Part shown: in pieces, positions 29,941-43,134 of the stretch
Numbering within the stretch: position 1 is the stretch's first letter
How the letters are laid out: the number at the start of each line of letters is the position of its first letter
Assembly: GCA_964016885.1 (NCBI GenBank)
Contig: OZ024742.1
Span: 155,434,001 to 155,498,000 of the forward strand
Direction: 5' to 3'
Source of the DNA: Eledone cirrhosa
Taxonomy: Eukaryota
DNA: 64,000 bases
Notes under the pieces: generated by a model
Database searches by the model: none
What the model saw: the letters and a program-made list of their open reading frames with translations, nothing else
Told to the model about the DNA's origin: nothing
Translations under genes and position numbers: made by a program

Positions 29941-29995
29941 ACTGCCTGAGGAGGTCAAAGCCAAATATGGCTGTCACCGAAATATATATAGCAGT
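29941..29995 (+). ncRNA. Intact minimal type I hammerhead ribozyme (family J pLTR)
   Basis: actgc-CTGAGGA-ggt caa agcca aata tggct gtc acc-GAAA-tatata-TA-gcagt. Confidence 0.85.
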
Positions 29996-30076
29996 AATGA
30001 ACGAAGCCAAATTTTAAATATTTGACTTATTTATTTTAATTTATTTTATATACATATATATATATATATATATATA

Positions 30077-30281
30077 ACGAAGGAAATGTGGTAAGGAACC
30101 AGATAGACCATAACGCACCAAAGTACTCAATACTTAGAGTAATAGAGTGGGTAATAGGAACGAGTAGGACCCCGACGGCTGAGCTCAAGCCGTTTCCACG
30201 GCTAATTCTGGACGAAAATCATTTTACTCCAGAATTAGCCACCGAAACGGCTTGAGCTCAGCCGTCGGGGTCCTACTCGTT

Positions 30282-30285
<4 letters not shown>
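30077..30285. mobile_element. Family B inverted element in (TA)n
   Basis: Arms 30154-30211 and 30229-30285, left-hand tail, HHR 3' halves (GAAA-cggct-tgagctc-agccg-TC-ggggtcc). Confidence 0.8.
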
Positions 30286-30344
<59 letters not shown>

Positions 30345-30345
30345 C

Positions 30346-30379
<34 letters not shown>

Positions 30380-30666
30380 GAAGGTTTTAAATTAATTCAG
30401 CACAAACGTAATTCTATTATATACGTGCAGAAGATATGTTTAATATTTTAATGTCTAATGGATGATATGTCATACACGTTATACATTACTGCACGTCATT
30501 ATAATAGACCAAACTACATTACTGCTGGTTACCCCAAGTCTCTCTCTCTTTCTTTCGCTCTCTTCCTATCTCTCCTCCTCTATCTCGCTCTCTCTGTTAC
30601 TCTATCTCTCACTACCCATGTACACACACATATATATGTTTATACATGTATATATAAACACATATT

Positions 30667-30698
<32 letters not shown>

Positions 30699-31342
30699 AG
30701 TATGTGTGTGTATGTATGTGTGTGTGTATGTGTGTGTGTGTGTGTATGTATGTATGTGTGCGTGTGTATGTGTGTGTGTATGTGTGTGAATGTGTGTGTG
30801 TGTGTGTGTGTGTGTGCATATATATAAATATATATATATATATATATGTATCTATATCTATATATACATAAACGTACACATGCCCATATTAACACACCAA
30901 AAATCGCACACATACGCATAGAGATACATTTATGTTTCTCTTTGTAAATCGCTTGTGCTTATGTGTGTTTCTGTTGATATGTGGGTTCGTGTATTTCTGA
31001 GAGTGCGGACTACTATGAACGTGGATATATGTTTTTAATATCTATGCAATGTTGCCCTTCCTTGAAGATAAGTAAATGTTATCCAGCGCCAATTATCGTA
31101 TATCCAATGCATGGTTGAATGTATTTGAAACAAATCACACTGCAAATTGTTGCCACACAATTCTAATTCCTATATACCAGCATACAGATATGCGTACATT
31201 ATACACACAATCGTATGCATAGTATAGATTTTCAACATATTTCAATATACTAGTATAAATACATTATATATATATATATATAGATATAGATATATAGATA
31301 TATAGATATTGATAGATATATACACACACACAGTCACACACA

Positions 31343-31397
<55 letters not shown>

Positions 31398-31584
31398 GCA
31401 GAAATATATGTGTGTGTGTCGGTGTTTGTATGTGAGTGTGCGAGTGTGTATGTATGTATGTATGTATTCATTCAAGAATATATTTCACCACTTAAAGGAA
31501 TATAACCTCGTATTCGATTTTTTTAGTAAGTCTCTTGAAATGTCGATTGGTTACATGTTTCATTCGGAAGCAAAATAAATTGGA

Positions 31585-31650
<66 letters not shown>

Positions 31651-31686
31651 ATTAATAAATGGAAACTATATTGATAAAACCATATT

Positions 31687-31751
31687 TATTTCATTATACA
31701 TATTTCAGGGATACCAAATTAAATTATGGTATGCCTTCATCAGACAAAATA
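31687..31751 (-). ncRNA. Hammerhead ribozyme (family I)
   Basis: Same motif as 22781-22845, on the minus strand. Confidence 0.8.
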
Positions 31752-32059
31752 CAATATATAACAGTTTTACAAATAAGCTTTGACGTACCCTATTAAAATG
31801 TAACCATTATTTTTGGAAGCCATCCGGATAGTGAGTTGTTTATATTATTTAAATAAGTCATAGTGTTAAGGACAATTAGAAAAAGACGGAGAGAAAGAAA
31901 AAGACGTATTTTTCTTTCTCTCCGTCTTTTTCTAATTGTCCTTAACACTATGACTTATTTAAATAATATAAACAACTCACTGTCCGGATGGCTTCCAAAA
32001 ATAATGGTTGCATTTTAATAGGGTACGTCAAAGCTTATTTGTAAAATTGTTATATATTG

Positions 32060-32124
32060 TATTTTGTCTGATGAAGGCATACCATAATTTAATTTGGTAT
32101 CCCTGAAATATGTATAATGAAATA
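32060..32124 (+). ncRNA. Hammerhead ribozyme (family I)
   Basis: tattttgt-CTGATGA-aggcatacca...tggtatccct-GAAA-tatgta-TA-atgaaata. Confidence 0.8.
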
Positions 32125-32448
32125 AATATGGTTTTATAAATATAGTTTCCATTTATTAATATCGTATATCTACTCCAAAAACTTCTCGAGTGCTTTATAT
32201 CAGTTATAAAAGTATTTACTTGTTGTATCCCAACAATTTTAAATAGAACTTTTGCATATATATATATATATATATATTATGTCTTAATATCACTTAATAT
32301 ACGAAAGTGATTTTAAGAGTTAACTAAACGAAGATTTTAAGAATATAAATACTTTAACATGTAATCAACTATCACGAAAATGCAATACATTTTGATCTTA
32401 TTTAAAAAAAGGACAAATATTCCCGTCACTCATTAGTATACGGTGTAT

Positions 32449-33028
32449 AGGGCGGTGAATTGGCAGTATCGGTAGATGCTTGGACGCCATGCTTTCTGGC
32501 ATAGTTACGTCCCTTTACAGTCTGAGTTCAAATCCCGCCGAGGTTAACTTTGCCTTTCATCCTTACGGGGTCGATAAAATAAAGTACCAGTAATGTACTG
32601 GTAAATTGCTGGCCTTGTGCCTAAAGTAGAAACAATTATTATACGGTGTATTGGCAGTATCGGTAGAGGGTCGAACGCCATGCTTTCCAGCATAGTTACG
32701 TCCCTTTGCGATCTGAGTTCAAATCCCGCCGATGTTGACTTTGCCTTTCATCCTTACGGGGTCGATAAATTAAAGTACTAGTAATGCACTGGGTAATTGC
32801 TGGCCATGTGCCAAAAGTAGAAACAATTACTATACGCTAAAGGGCGGTGGATTGGCAGTATCGGTAGAGGGTCGGAGGCCATGCTTTGACGCAGAGATTT
32901 ACAGTCCTTGCCATTCTGCTATTCAAATCCCGCCGACGTTAACTTTGCCCTTCATGCTTACGGGGTCGATAAAATAAAGTAACAGTAATGTACTGGGTAA
33001 TTGCTGGCCTTGTGCCAATAGTAGAAAC

Positions 33029-33080
<52 letters not shown>
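32449..33080 (+). mobile_element. Three tandem tRNA-derived SINEs (~190 bp each) ending in (ATT)n
   Basis: Copies at about 32449, 32645 and 32840, each with an A-box-like tggcagtatcggtag, B-box gttcaaatcc and core ctttgcctttcatccttacggggtcgataaaataaagtacc; (ATT)n at 33031-33080. Confidence 0.9.
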
Positions 33081-33823
33081 GAATGCTATGTTTGACGGAG
33101 GCTCGGCTCTGTAAGGTACTGTAAATTTTGACCGCTATAACAATTGTAAATTGTTTAAAACTTTAACGAACTTGTAGATAAAAACACCCTCCTCCTCGTG
33201 AGAGGGGTCTTTCTACCCGTTATTTGGCCCTTCGGGGTACAATAACCGCTTATTGGGGTTCTGTGCCCAATATTTATTTTAAACAAAAAAAACAACATTC
33301 ATACGAAAATGAATTTTCATACGCCACTCACACTCATTCCGTCTTATTCTTCCTCACTACAGCAGAGAGAAGATTGTCTCTCTCCCTCCCTTCTCTAAAT
33401 GTGTCTCTCTCCCTCCCTTCTCTTTTGCAAGCGACGCCAGAAAAGAAAAATCACGTGCAAAGCGTGCAAGATTTCTCCACTACGACGAGGACAACGATGA
33501 AAAAGGTATGCGGGAAATACTAAAAACCATTTCATTCGTCTGACGTCAGGAATAATAGCAGTATTAGCCGTAATAACAGCAGCAGCAGCAACAGTGACAA
33601 GGAAAACAACAGTAGCAGCCGCAACAGCATCAGCAGCAGCATAAACAACAACAGCATTAACAGCAACAACAACAACAACAGCAGCAGCAGCAACAACAAC
33701 CACAGCAACAGCGGCGGCGGCAGTAGTCGTAGTACCTGCAACAACAACAAGAGTAACAGCAGCTCTGACGACAACAACAATAACAGCAGCAAAGAAAAAC
33801 CAATCTCGTTTGCAGGTATCGCA

Positions 33824-35421
33824 ATGAAACTGGAAACCATCCACATTACAAATGAGGAATTAGAGGAAGCGAAGAAGATGGTGACGAAAACCGGACACCG
33901 AGCAATCTGCAAGGCAGCCGAAACATTTTTCGAAACCAAACAGCACTGTACGCTCACGTACCGTACATTAAGCACAAAATCCCGTAGTGTTGAAAGAGCC
34001 ACAGAGGCTCAAATACAAAAAGCCTTACGGTCTGTGTGGCAGCGGAAAACGCACATCACCCGAGGCAAGAAATATGCCACCGTAGACGTGCTTTTTCCCA
34101 CACTCCAGGAGGCAAAGGCTCAATCCTTAGTGACCCTAAGGAGCGAGGACACGGTGTTGGTGCCCTCCTACTGCGGGCAAAATATTGTGAGGGTCAAACT
34201 GACCCACGTCCTCCCCGGGATGGCCCCTTCTTGGCTGGCCGCGTCTGTCCTCGTCGGAATCGAGGACAAAACAACTGTACTGCAAGTACAGAACAAAGTA
34301 AGAGAAGATTGGGTTGGCACCTCTATTGAGATGTTAATCCAAACCAACCAGGAGTGCATCGAAGCTATCCCGTATGTGATAGACTTCGATAACGGCTCTC
34401 AACTGCCCATAAGTGTTGAGGGAAAACGCCCGAAATGCTTTCGCTGTGGATCGAAGACTCACCTCAGGGCCTTCTGCAACGAGAAGACCCTGAGAAAGGA
34501 GAAACCCCCCCTCCTTCCGAAACCGGCTCCACGGCTATCAGCAACAGGACAAGCGGCAACCAGGAACGATAGGTCCGTGGCACCCATACCCACGCCACGG
34601 AAATAAAAAAAACAGCAGCAGCAGTGGAAGTATTAACAACAACAACAGTAATACCAAATGCAGCTGCAACAGAGACTCCAGTGCAAACATCACCAACAAC
34701 AACAAGTGAAAGAGTGGAGCTGGTACCCCTCCCCGACCTCACAGAATCAGACATGGAGTGTGAGGTGGGAGAGGGATGGCAAAAGGTCGTAAGAAGGCAC
34801 AAACGCAGAAGCAGCGCATCGTCGCCTTCGAAAAAGGAGGAAAGCAATGAAAAGAAGGTAAAGGCTAATGCAAAGAGACTCACAGCAGCAACACCACCAA
34901 CACCATCACCACCCACACTAGCACCACCATCAGCACCGGCGACAACCCCAACGCCAACAACAACAACACCTTCAACACAACCACCACAAGCACCAACATC
35001 GCAAACACAACAACAAAACACACACACCCAGCAACAACAAGAAAATAGCAGAAACACACCCCACCCCCAGAAAAACAAATGCGCGGCAATAAATACACTC
35101 AACAAGAAACTAATAACTTGCATAATTGAACACACAGGCATTTCACAGCACGACTACATAATACCAGCACCAAGCAAAACGCCAACTAACATAAGACTGC
35201 TAAAAATAGCACAGAAACAATCCACAAACATTAAAACGAAATTCCCCAACGCAGTTGGTGATTTCAGAGACCTAGGAGGGACTCTCCACCGAAGAGTATA
35301 TACGGACATACTCATAGAACAGCCGACGACCAGTCGAAGGGACGATTCAACGGTCCCTTCACCAGACGATCAAGGGAAAAGTGATGGAAAAACCATCCTT
35401 CCTCTACGAAAAGTACGGTAA
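33824..35421 (+). pseudogene. LINE ORF1 (gag-like, zinc knuckle), frameshifted at about 34605
   Basis: ISVEGKRPKCFRCGSKTHLRAFC (CX2CX4HX4C), followed by a low-complexity region. Confidence 0.8.
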
Positions 35422-35456
35422 GTGGTCTTTCCCATCTTTTCCACTCTATTTTAAAC

Positions 35457-35930
35457 ATGACCTCACTCAGAATAGGCAGCATAAATGCGCGTGGCTTGGG
35501 GTCGTCATGGAAGCAGGGTCACCTGCTCAACGACCTCAGGTCACTAAACATAGATGTAGTGGCCATCAGCGAGACGAGAATCTCCGGAGCACGGGCCTTC
35601 GCACCGATCTTCGGCGGCTTCGATGTGTACGCATCTCCCAGACGTCCTGGATCGGGGGGAGGAGTTGCTGTGTTTTTTCGGAGAGGTTTGGATCTCGCCA
35701 TACGGGCCATCTTCCTGGACCCAGAGGGTAAGTTGGTGGTGCTGGACGTGACCAGCGGAGACGGGCAAGCTTGTAGGCTAGTAGCCGTCTATGCCCCGAC
35801 AGGAGCAGGGCGGCCTAATTTCTTCCGGCGTCTGGAGACCTTTCTTGGAACGTCCCGCTCTTTAGTGTTAGTGGGCGACTGGAATGGGATCTTGGATGCA
35901 CGCTGGGACTGTGTGGGATTAGCGGATAGG
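35457..35930 (+). pseudogene. LINE ORF2 N-terminal AP endonuclease (truncated)
   Basis: LRIGSINARGL, VVAISET, GGGVAV, VAVYAP, LVGDWNG. Confidence 0.9.
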
Positions 35931-37660
35931 GTGCCGTTGGTGTAGGGGGAAACCAAACAGGCGCCAAAAAACTTCATTGCTACTGATGTACCAACCCGCC
36001 AGGTTTTCTGTGACCTCGTCAGAGCCTTTATTTAGATTTTTGCATATGTATTTTATAGACTTGACGGAGTTGCAAAACTCAACGTTGATGTGGGCGTTGA
36101 ACATCTTCAAGAGAAGCGGGCAGTAAGGGACCACCCATCTATTGTCGACTTGACCTCCCTGTATTGTTGTGGTGAAGCCACCGTTCTCGAGCCGTTTCCA
36201 CCTGTACAGGGAGTACCTAACGTCACCAGTCTGAGTCTCGTCAACAAATTGTTTAGGGTATCCCTTACTGCATGACCCTATTTTCAGACACGCGTGATGC
36301 TCATTAGGACCCGACGCACACGGACCATGTTAGCTTTGACGTTGTAATGTAATTCCTGGTCAGGTGCTGAGTTAGGAATTTTTCAGCCGAAATGAAGCTG
36401 TCTCTGGCATTTGAATTGATTTTATCAGATAACCAAATCAAAATGTGAGCTTGTGGCAACCCTCGTTTTTGCCATTCGACAGTGAACATGTCACATTTTA
36501 TAGCCCCAAGTACCTGACCTTTTTTATTAAAGCCATGAGTTTAGCCAGTTTCAGTCTGAACATTCTGGCAATGAGGTCTTGTCTGTTCGAATAATTTTGC
36601 CGATGAAAAATGTCACGGGTTACATTCCGATTCATATGTCTATAGCAATAATCTGTTATATGAAGTGTTATTTTGCGGGTTGTTATTTGCAATAAGCCGA
36701 TTGAAAATGCCCAGATAAGCCGTATGCCAATACGGAACGCTCAATACGGAACGCTCCACTGCAGTGTTGTCATACAGAGAGTGAAGAGCGTCAGAGAGAG
36801 TAAATCAGTTAAATTATAGAGAGGGGGAATATACGGAATGCGCCATTTGATCATATACATTATTTCTCTCTCTGCAGTGTTGTCATATAGGGAGTGAAGA
36901 GCGACATCGACAGTAAAGCAGTTAAATTATAGAGAGGTCGTTATTGTTACCTTTTTTGTTTTATAAATACATCTGTTACTTTTGAATATTTGTTATTTGA
37001 TGTAAAATATAAGTGTGTAAAATGTAACGTTGATAGAGCAGTATGTATTTAGTGTTATCGGCTTTTTAAATTTCGATATTTAATGTATGAGTGTCGTTAT
37101 GACTGTAGAGAGGGGGAATAATATATTGTAGAGGGAGGGAAGAGCGATGTAGCGAGTAAAGCTATGGTTGTTGTGTTGCTTAGGTTTCAAAGTGTGTGTC
37201 GCGTTCCTTCAAAAGAAGTTTTGTCCTTCTAAATTGTAATGTTGATAGGGTAGTAGACGGAGGCAGTAACTTTTTCAAGAGAGTTGCAGAGGAGATTGAG
37301 GGGGGAGTAGAGAGAGTGATGAATCTGTTAAAGAGAGTTGCAGAGGACATTGAGAGTGGAGTAGAGGAAAATATGAACCTTTTAAAGAGAGATGCAACAT
37401 GTATGTACTTTCATATATGTTTTATGGTAGTAGTGAGAGGAATGAAGCATGTAAGAGAGAGGGTTACATCATGTATTTAGTTTTATCGATTTATTTTCAT
37501 AGAAGCAGGAGATTTTTGGCAAAAATAATTACGTGTTGACCTGCCCTGGTAAATTTGGAGCGCATTGGAAACAAATTCATCAAAATCGGTACAAAAATGT
37601 GGAAATGCATAAAAATCATACACACACACAGACAGACATCTACCGTTTTATATATAGAGA
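35930..37660 (-). mobile_element. Helitron 5' part with degenerate Rep domain
   Basis: Minus strand starts tctctatatataaaacgg. Motifs DLIARMFRLKL, VEWQKRGLPQAHILIWL (HUH), VPYCPLLLKMFNAHINVEFCNSVKSIKYICK, YISSNEVFWRLFGFPLHQRHP. Confidence 0.9.
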
Positions 37661-37858
37661 GATAGGGAATATGTATATGGGTGAAATTAGCTAAGTTTTT
37701 TATGCAACATATTTCCTGATAAAAATAAGAAAGGATGTACAAAGAGTCTATAGGTGTTATGTTTGGTAGAGCTTACAGCGGTGAGGGAATTATCAATAAA
37801 AATACGTATAGGAGAGAAAAGGATTGAGAGAACGAAATAGAGTGAAACATATCTGTGT

Positions 37859-37921
<63 letters not shown>

Positions 37922-38542
37922 TTCAGTGTGAGTGTGTGTGCGTGCATAAGGATTGAGAGCTAGAGAGATTGAGATAGAGAGCGAAAGTATGTTGGTCATT
38001 TAGATCATATATAGGCATGAGATATTACTGAAGCCGCGAGCATGAATATTTCATGGCAAGATTTTATACTCGCAATGTTGTAAAAAATACGAGGGTCTGT
38101 TTATGTACATGCATTAAAATAAACATATTTTTGTTATCGAGATCTAACTTCAAAACTCTAATGCGAAAAATGTTTATATATGAGGTTATTCATAAAGTTA
38201 GTAGAGCGCGTAGTTATGCTGATGGATGTAAACAAAATTCTCTTTCTATCTAGCTATTTTCGTATCTCTGAGTGTCCTTCATTTAAATAGACCCCCCCCC
38301 CCCCCACATACACACACACATACACACACAGGCATGAATTTGGATACACATGTATACATATATATGTGTATGAATGTGTCTTTAAGTATGTATGGCGTGG
38401 CATTGTAACCGTTATATGCATGATCACAAACATACACACGATCACACAGATCAGTCGTGCTGATACATTCATACATATCAGAGAGTAGGCATGATTTGAG
38501 GTAAATATGTAGGTACAAGCAAAAGTAAAGACGTATATATGA

Positions 38543-38648
38543 ATGTTAGTACATTTATGTAAAAGCTTTTACACTTGCACATTTATATATATATATATAT
38601 ATATATAAATGTGCAAGTGTAAAAGCTTTTACATAAATGTACTAACAT
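38543..38648. repeat. Perfect ~42-bp inverted repeat centred on (TA)n
   Basis: atgttagtacatttatgtaaaagcttttacacttgcacattt-(at)n-aaatgtgcaagtgtaaaagcttttacataaatgtactaacat. Confidence 0.9.
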
Positions 38649-38652
38649 ACTA

Positions 38653-38788
<136 letters not shown>

Positions 38789-38881
38789 GTATATATATAT
38801 ATATATATATGTATATGTATATATGTATATATATATATATATATGTATATGTATATATGTATATAAATATATATATATATA

Positions 38882-39227
38882 TACGATATTAAATAAATGG
38901 AAACTATATTTATAAAACCATATCTATTTCATTATATATATTTCAGGGATATCATATTAACAATATGCTATGCCTTCCTCAGACAAAATACAATATAAAC
39001 AGTTTTATAGATAAATAGATTTGACATACCGTACAACATCGACTTGTATTTGAAAAGTTGAATTAATATGATATCCCTGAAATATATATAATGAAATAGA
39101 TATGGTTTTATAAATATAGTTTCCATTTATTTAATATCGTAAATATGCTCCAAATATTTGTCGAGTGCTTTTATATCAGTTATAAATATTTACTAGTTGT
39201 AACCCAACAATTTAAATATAACTTTCC

Positions 39228-39230
<3 letters not shown>
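38882..39230. mobile_element. Family I inverted element with tail
   Basis: Arms 38882-38958 and 39064-39141, plus tail; (TA)n on both sides. Confidence 0.85.
38925..38990 (-). ncRNA. Hammerhead ribozyme (family I, N7=G)
   Basis: Minus strand: tattttgt-CTGAGGA-aggcata...tatccct-GAAA-tatata-TA-atgaaata. Confidence 0.75.
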
Positions 39231-39262
<32 letters not shown>

Positions 39263-39585
39263 CATATATATATATTTATTTATTTACTTATTTATATATA
39301 TATATACGCTTACACTACATTACTAACGCAACTAGTATCCGACCATTTGGATAAATACACGGCCGATGATCAGAAGAAGTGAGACAATTAATAACATGGC
39401 ATTTATTTCATATTGCGAAATATTCAGTCAAACATGACGAATATTTCTAAGGTGTTCCCTGACTATTCGGATAGGATGATCAGTTAATATTGATAGACAC
39501 TTACACTTTCACGAATCACATGCTCCAGATGCATAGGCATACGTCCACATACTCATACATACATCCCTGCACCTATATAAACATG

Positions 39586-39633
<48 letters not shown>

Positions 39634-39682
39634 GGGGGGGAGTATGTGTGTGTGTGTGTATGTGTGTGTATATGTGTGTGTG

Positions 39683-39730
<48 letters not shown>

Positions 39731-39737
<7 letters not shown>

Positions 39738-39890
39738 ATACTTTGGGAGGGTCATGTTGCCAATAAGAAACACACGCACTGGTGCGTGTGTTTCTTATTG
39801 GCAACATGACCCTCCCAAAGTATAACAATATCGGTTTCAACACACGATTTCAAATAAAGAATCTTGCTAAACAAATTCAGAAACAAAATA
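39731..39890. mobile_element. Family A short perfect hairpin element with tail
   Basis: Arms of about 49 bp with a 2-nt centre; same two termini as 7046-7521. Confidence 0.85.
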
Positions 39891-39899
39891 TATATATAT

Positions 39900-40073
39900 A
39901 ATATTATTCAAAATATTAATGAATCAGAAATATTATCATAACCAAAGTATATATGCTATTATACATATGTCAAAGGTACACTGGTGTTTCAGTACGTTTT
40001 TCATGAGATAAAATATATGAGAGATTGGATATACGACATACCGCTAAGGTCTTGAATCTTCAATTCCTGTAGT

Positions 40074-40076
<3 letters not shown>
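39900..40076 (-). mobile_element. Family L repeat with degenerate hammerhead (39956-40011)
   Basis: Homologous to 63745-63915; core reads CTCATGA...GACA. Confidence 0.65.
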
Positions 40077-40143
<67 letters not shown>

Positions 40144-40146
40144 AAT

Positions 40147-40179
<33 letters not shown>

Positions 40180-40180
40180 A

Positions 40181-40221
<41 letters not shown>

Positions 40222-40222
40222 A

Positions 40223-40257
<35 letters not shown>

Positions 40258-40261
40258 AATT

Positions 40262-40293
<32 letters not shown>

Positions 40294-40315
40294 AATATAT
40301 ATATACATATATGTG

Positions 40316-40363
<48 letters not shown>

Positions 40364-41199
40364 TGTATGTGCTTGTTTCTTTGTGTGTGTATGTATAAAT
40401 ATTAGATAAATATTATGTAATATCAACCAAATGGATACAAGCATAATAGGTAATGTTGTTGTTTAAAATACCCTCTATTACTGTACCTTATGAAATTTCC
40501 CTATGTTCTCTCTTCATTCTATAATTTAAAGTTCTTTGCTTGCTAAATACTATCATCAACTTGATTAATGTCACATTGGCTAATATAATTCTTGCTGACT
40601 TTGCTGTAAACTGATATAGCATGCGTTATCGTCTCACCTTTATCGCGGTGCAGTCATTTAAACATTTGTATTACAACTTGCTTTACTTCAAGCATTTCCA
40701 TAGCCATTTAGCAGAAATGATGGTCTAATTCATGGTCTCATCCACTATTGCAATCTTATTTTGATGTCACAAACATACACGATTTTACACACGGAGACCC
40801 ACATTTGATTAGCTTTCTTGTGTACATGGCAATTATGTATCGATGATATATATGTGTCAAAAGAGATGCACATAGAACAATAGTTTTGATAAACTAACGT
40901 TTTTCTTTTTTTTTACTGGCAGTAAATATATTCTTATATTAAGGATTCACCAACATAGATACATGGAGATCAGTGTTTGAAAGAAAAATGATAATTATTT
41001 TCACACTTGAAATACGTATCAAATTGTATATATTTGCATATCTTTATCGCATTGTTATATATTTAATTCGCTGAAATGGAATCAAAAGCAGAAAGAAGGA
41101 ATTAAAAGTATATGTATATGCCGGGAGGAAAACGAAAATATTCGAAGATCAAAAATAAGATTTTGAAGTTATAGGAGATGCTACACCGACATAATTGTT

Positions 41200-41373
41200 T
41201 CTTCTTTTGGTACAAGGCCAGAAATTATCCCAGTACATTATTGGTACTTTATTTTATCGACCCCGTAAGGATGAAAGGGAAAGTTAACCTCGGCGGGATT
41301 TGAACTAACACCGTAAAGGGATGTAAGTATATGATGCGAAGCATGGCGTCCGACCCTCTACCGGTACTGCCAT
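41200..41373 (-). mobile_element. SINE of the 32449 family
   Basis: Reverse complement of the SINE head and core. Confidence 0.8.
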
Positions 41374-42804
41374 TCCTAGGTAATGATACCACATTTGGTT
41401 CCTGTACATCCAGTATATCTAGCTTCATGATCATCAAACCCATCTATTTAATTTTGCAGAATATGAGACGATTCGTTTAAGTTAGCTTTAATCTTATCTA
41501 AATATCCTATGTGATCCACAATTAGTAGAGGGCGCATTTTCATATATCTTTATAGTGTGTCTTCCCAAATACTCGTTTTTATCTAAAATCAAGTTTAAAG
41601 GTTATATGGAAATTAAGAATTGTAATCTAGATAATTCTTCTCATTGAGAGTTGCCACTCGTTAATTCCATCAACACAAATCCCTTTCCTGGTGACGTACG
41701 TTAACACGACAAGGTGACATTATTTTCAAGTCGAAATAACATGCCTTCTATTATCACTGGATGGTGAATTTAACCACACGGTATATTCTAATAAACCATG
41801 GCCTTTCTTTATTCATATGTATTTTTTTAACAATTATTCAATTGCAACTTGTCTATTAGGAGCAGATAGTTAATTTCTCGACACTTCCCACCAATTTGTT
41901 CCTTTGAAAATAGACTTTACAGCTCAAGAAATGAATACCTATTGCTCTCGATCATTCTCCGTAATCGTTCTCACATTTAAAGGAATTATATTTAATGGAA
42001 CTTGTCGGCAGCAATTTCCTTTGATGCGTCTTTTAACACGAAAAGTGTTCTTCCTTGTGGCATCCATGCTGGGAACATATCCTCATCGTTTCTTATTTAA
42101 ATCATTTCCTCGGTAATTTAACCTTACATTAATGGATATTTGCTATAATCTTGTCTACGTTTAAAATCCTCTTCCACTAATTAACTGTTTGATTTTCAAA
42201 TATATATAATATTGTGTTTTAGCGTATAGTTCAAATTTTGATGTATTATACCTCAGTTTCACTCGTGCATTATAGTCGTCATACTTTTCTGTATTTACGT
42301 TAATTTTTTATTTAAATTTGTATAATTCATTAAGCTTGTTTTCGTCTTTCTAACAAATATACACCAATTTCAACATTTTATATCCCTTTCTACTCGTCTC
42401 TTCCGCCTAGGATTTTAATGGTATTCTAGCTGCATTTAATCACCACATATGCATTAATTGATTTTATCAATGTGTTGAATCATGTTATATTGGCTGTGTT
42501 CATAGGAAAGGTAATGCAAAGTATGCATACCTCAGAATAAATATCGAGAGAATGTAGAATATGAAAAATAGATGGGTACCAATTTTGATGGCAACACTTG
42601 GGTCAGTGGCCGAAGACCAACAGAAATATCATGCTAGAATGGATATCACTCCCAGCATGACGATATTGCAGTAAACAACATTATTGTTGGGAGCAGCAAA
42701 TATGCTGCAGAAATATCGGCGTTACATAATTAAATGATCCAGTGTTAGTAATGGTTTCTGCTTTTGGCACAAGGCCAGCTATTACACCAGAGAATTACTG
42801 AATT

Positions 42805-42840
<36 letters not shown>

Positions 42841-42859
42841 AATAATATTAATAATAATA

Positions 42860-43101
42860 ATGCTTTCTTAATAGGCACAATGCCAGCAATTATTTGGGGA
42901 AGGAAAAGTCGAGGAAGTTGACCTCAGTGCATTACTGGTACATTATTTTATCGACCCCGTAAGAATGTAAGGCAAATTAAACCTCGGCGGGATTTGAACT
43001 CAGACCGTAAAGGGCCGGAACTATGCTGGAAAGCATGGCGTCCAACCCTCTACCGATACTGCCAATCCACCGTCCTTATAATAATAATAATAATAATGAT
43101 G

Positions 43102-43133
<32 letters not shown>
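42860..43133 (-). mobile_element. SINE of the 32449 family plus adjacent (AAT)n
   Basis: Full SINE on the minus strand at 42860-43077; (AAT)n at 43079-43133 abuts the LINE 3' end. Confidence 0.9.

Positions 43134-43134
<1 letters not shown>

Larger units (their letters stand above)
27105..30055 (+). mobile_element. 5'-truncated Penelope-like element (family J): inverted pLTR, GIY-YIG ORF end, 3' region, pLTR
   Basis: 27105-27465 is the reverse complement of about 29685-30050. GIY-YIG remnant follows. Internal duplication 28588-29247 / 29248-29790. Ends in (TA)n. Confidence 0.85.
31646..32255. mobile_element. Family I head-to-head inverted element with two hammerheads and a one-sided tail
   Basis: Arms 31646-31900 and 31911-32164; tail extends to (TA)n at about 32255. 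Confidence 0.9.
33081..35930 (+). mobile_element. Tx1/L1-like LINE, 5' half (5'UTR, ORF1, start of ORF2)
   Basis: Starts directly after (ATT)n; ORF1 with CCHC knuckle; ORF2 APE domain broken off at the Helitron junction. Confidence 0.85.

Noticed and set aside
32449-33030. tRNA genes or a CRISPR-like array
   Set aside because: The A/B boxes belong to SINE heads with no complete cloverleaf. The units are ~190-bp SINE copies without unique spacers.
39360-39455. ccgatga...gaaa-tattc..gaata-tt as a possible hammerhead
   Set aside because: The core is altered and stems I and II are unconvincing.
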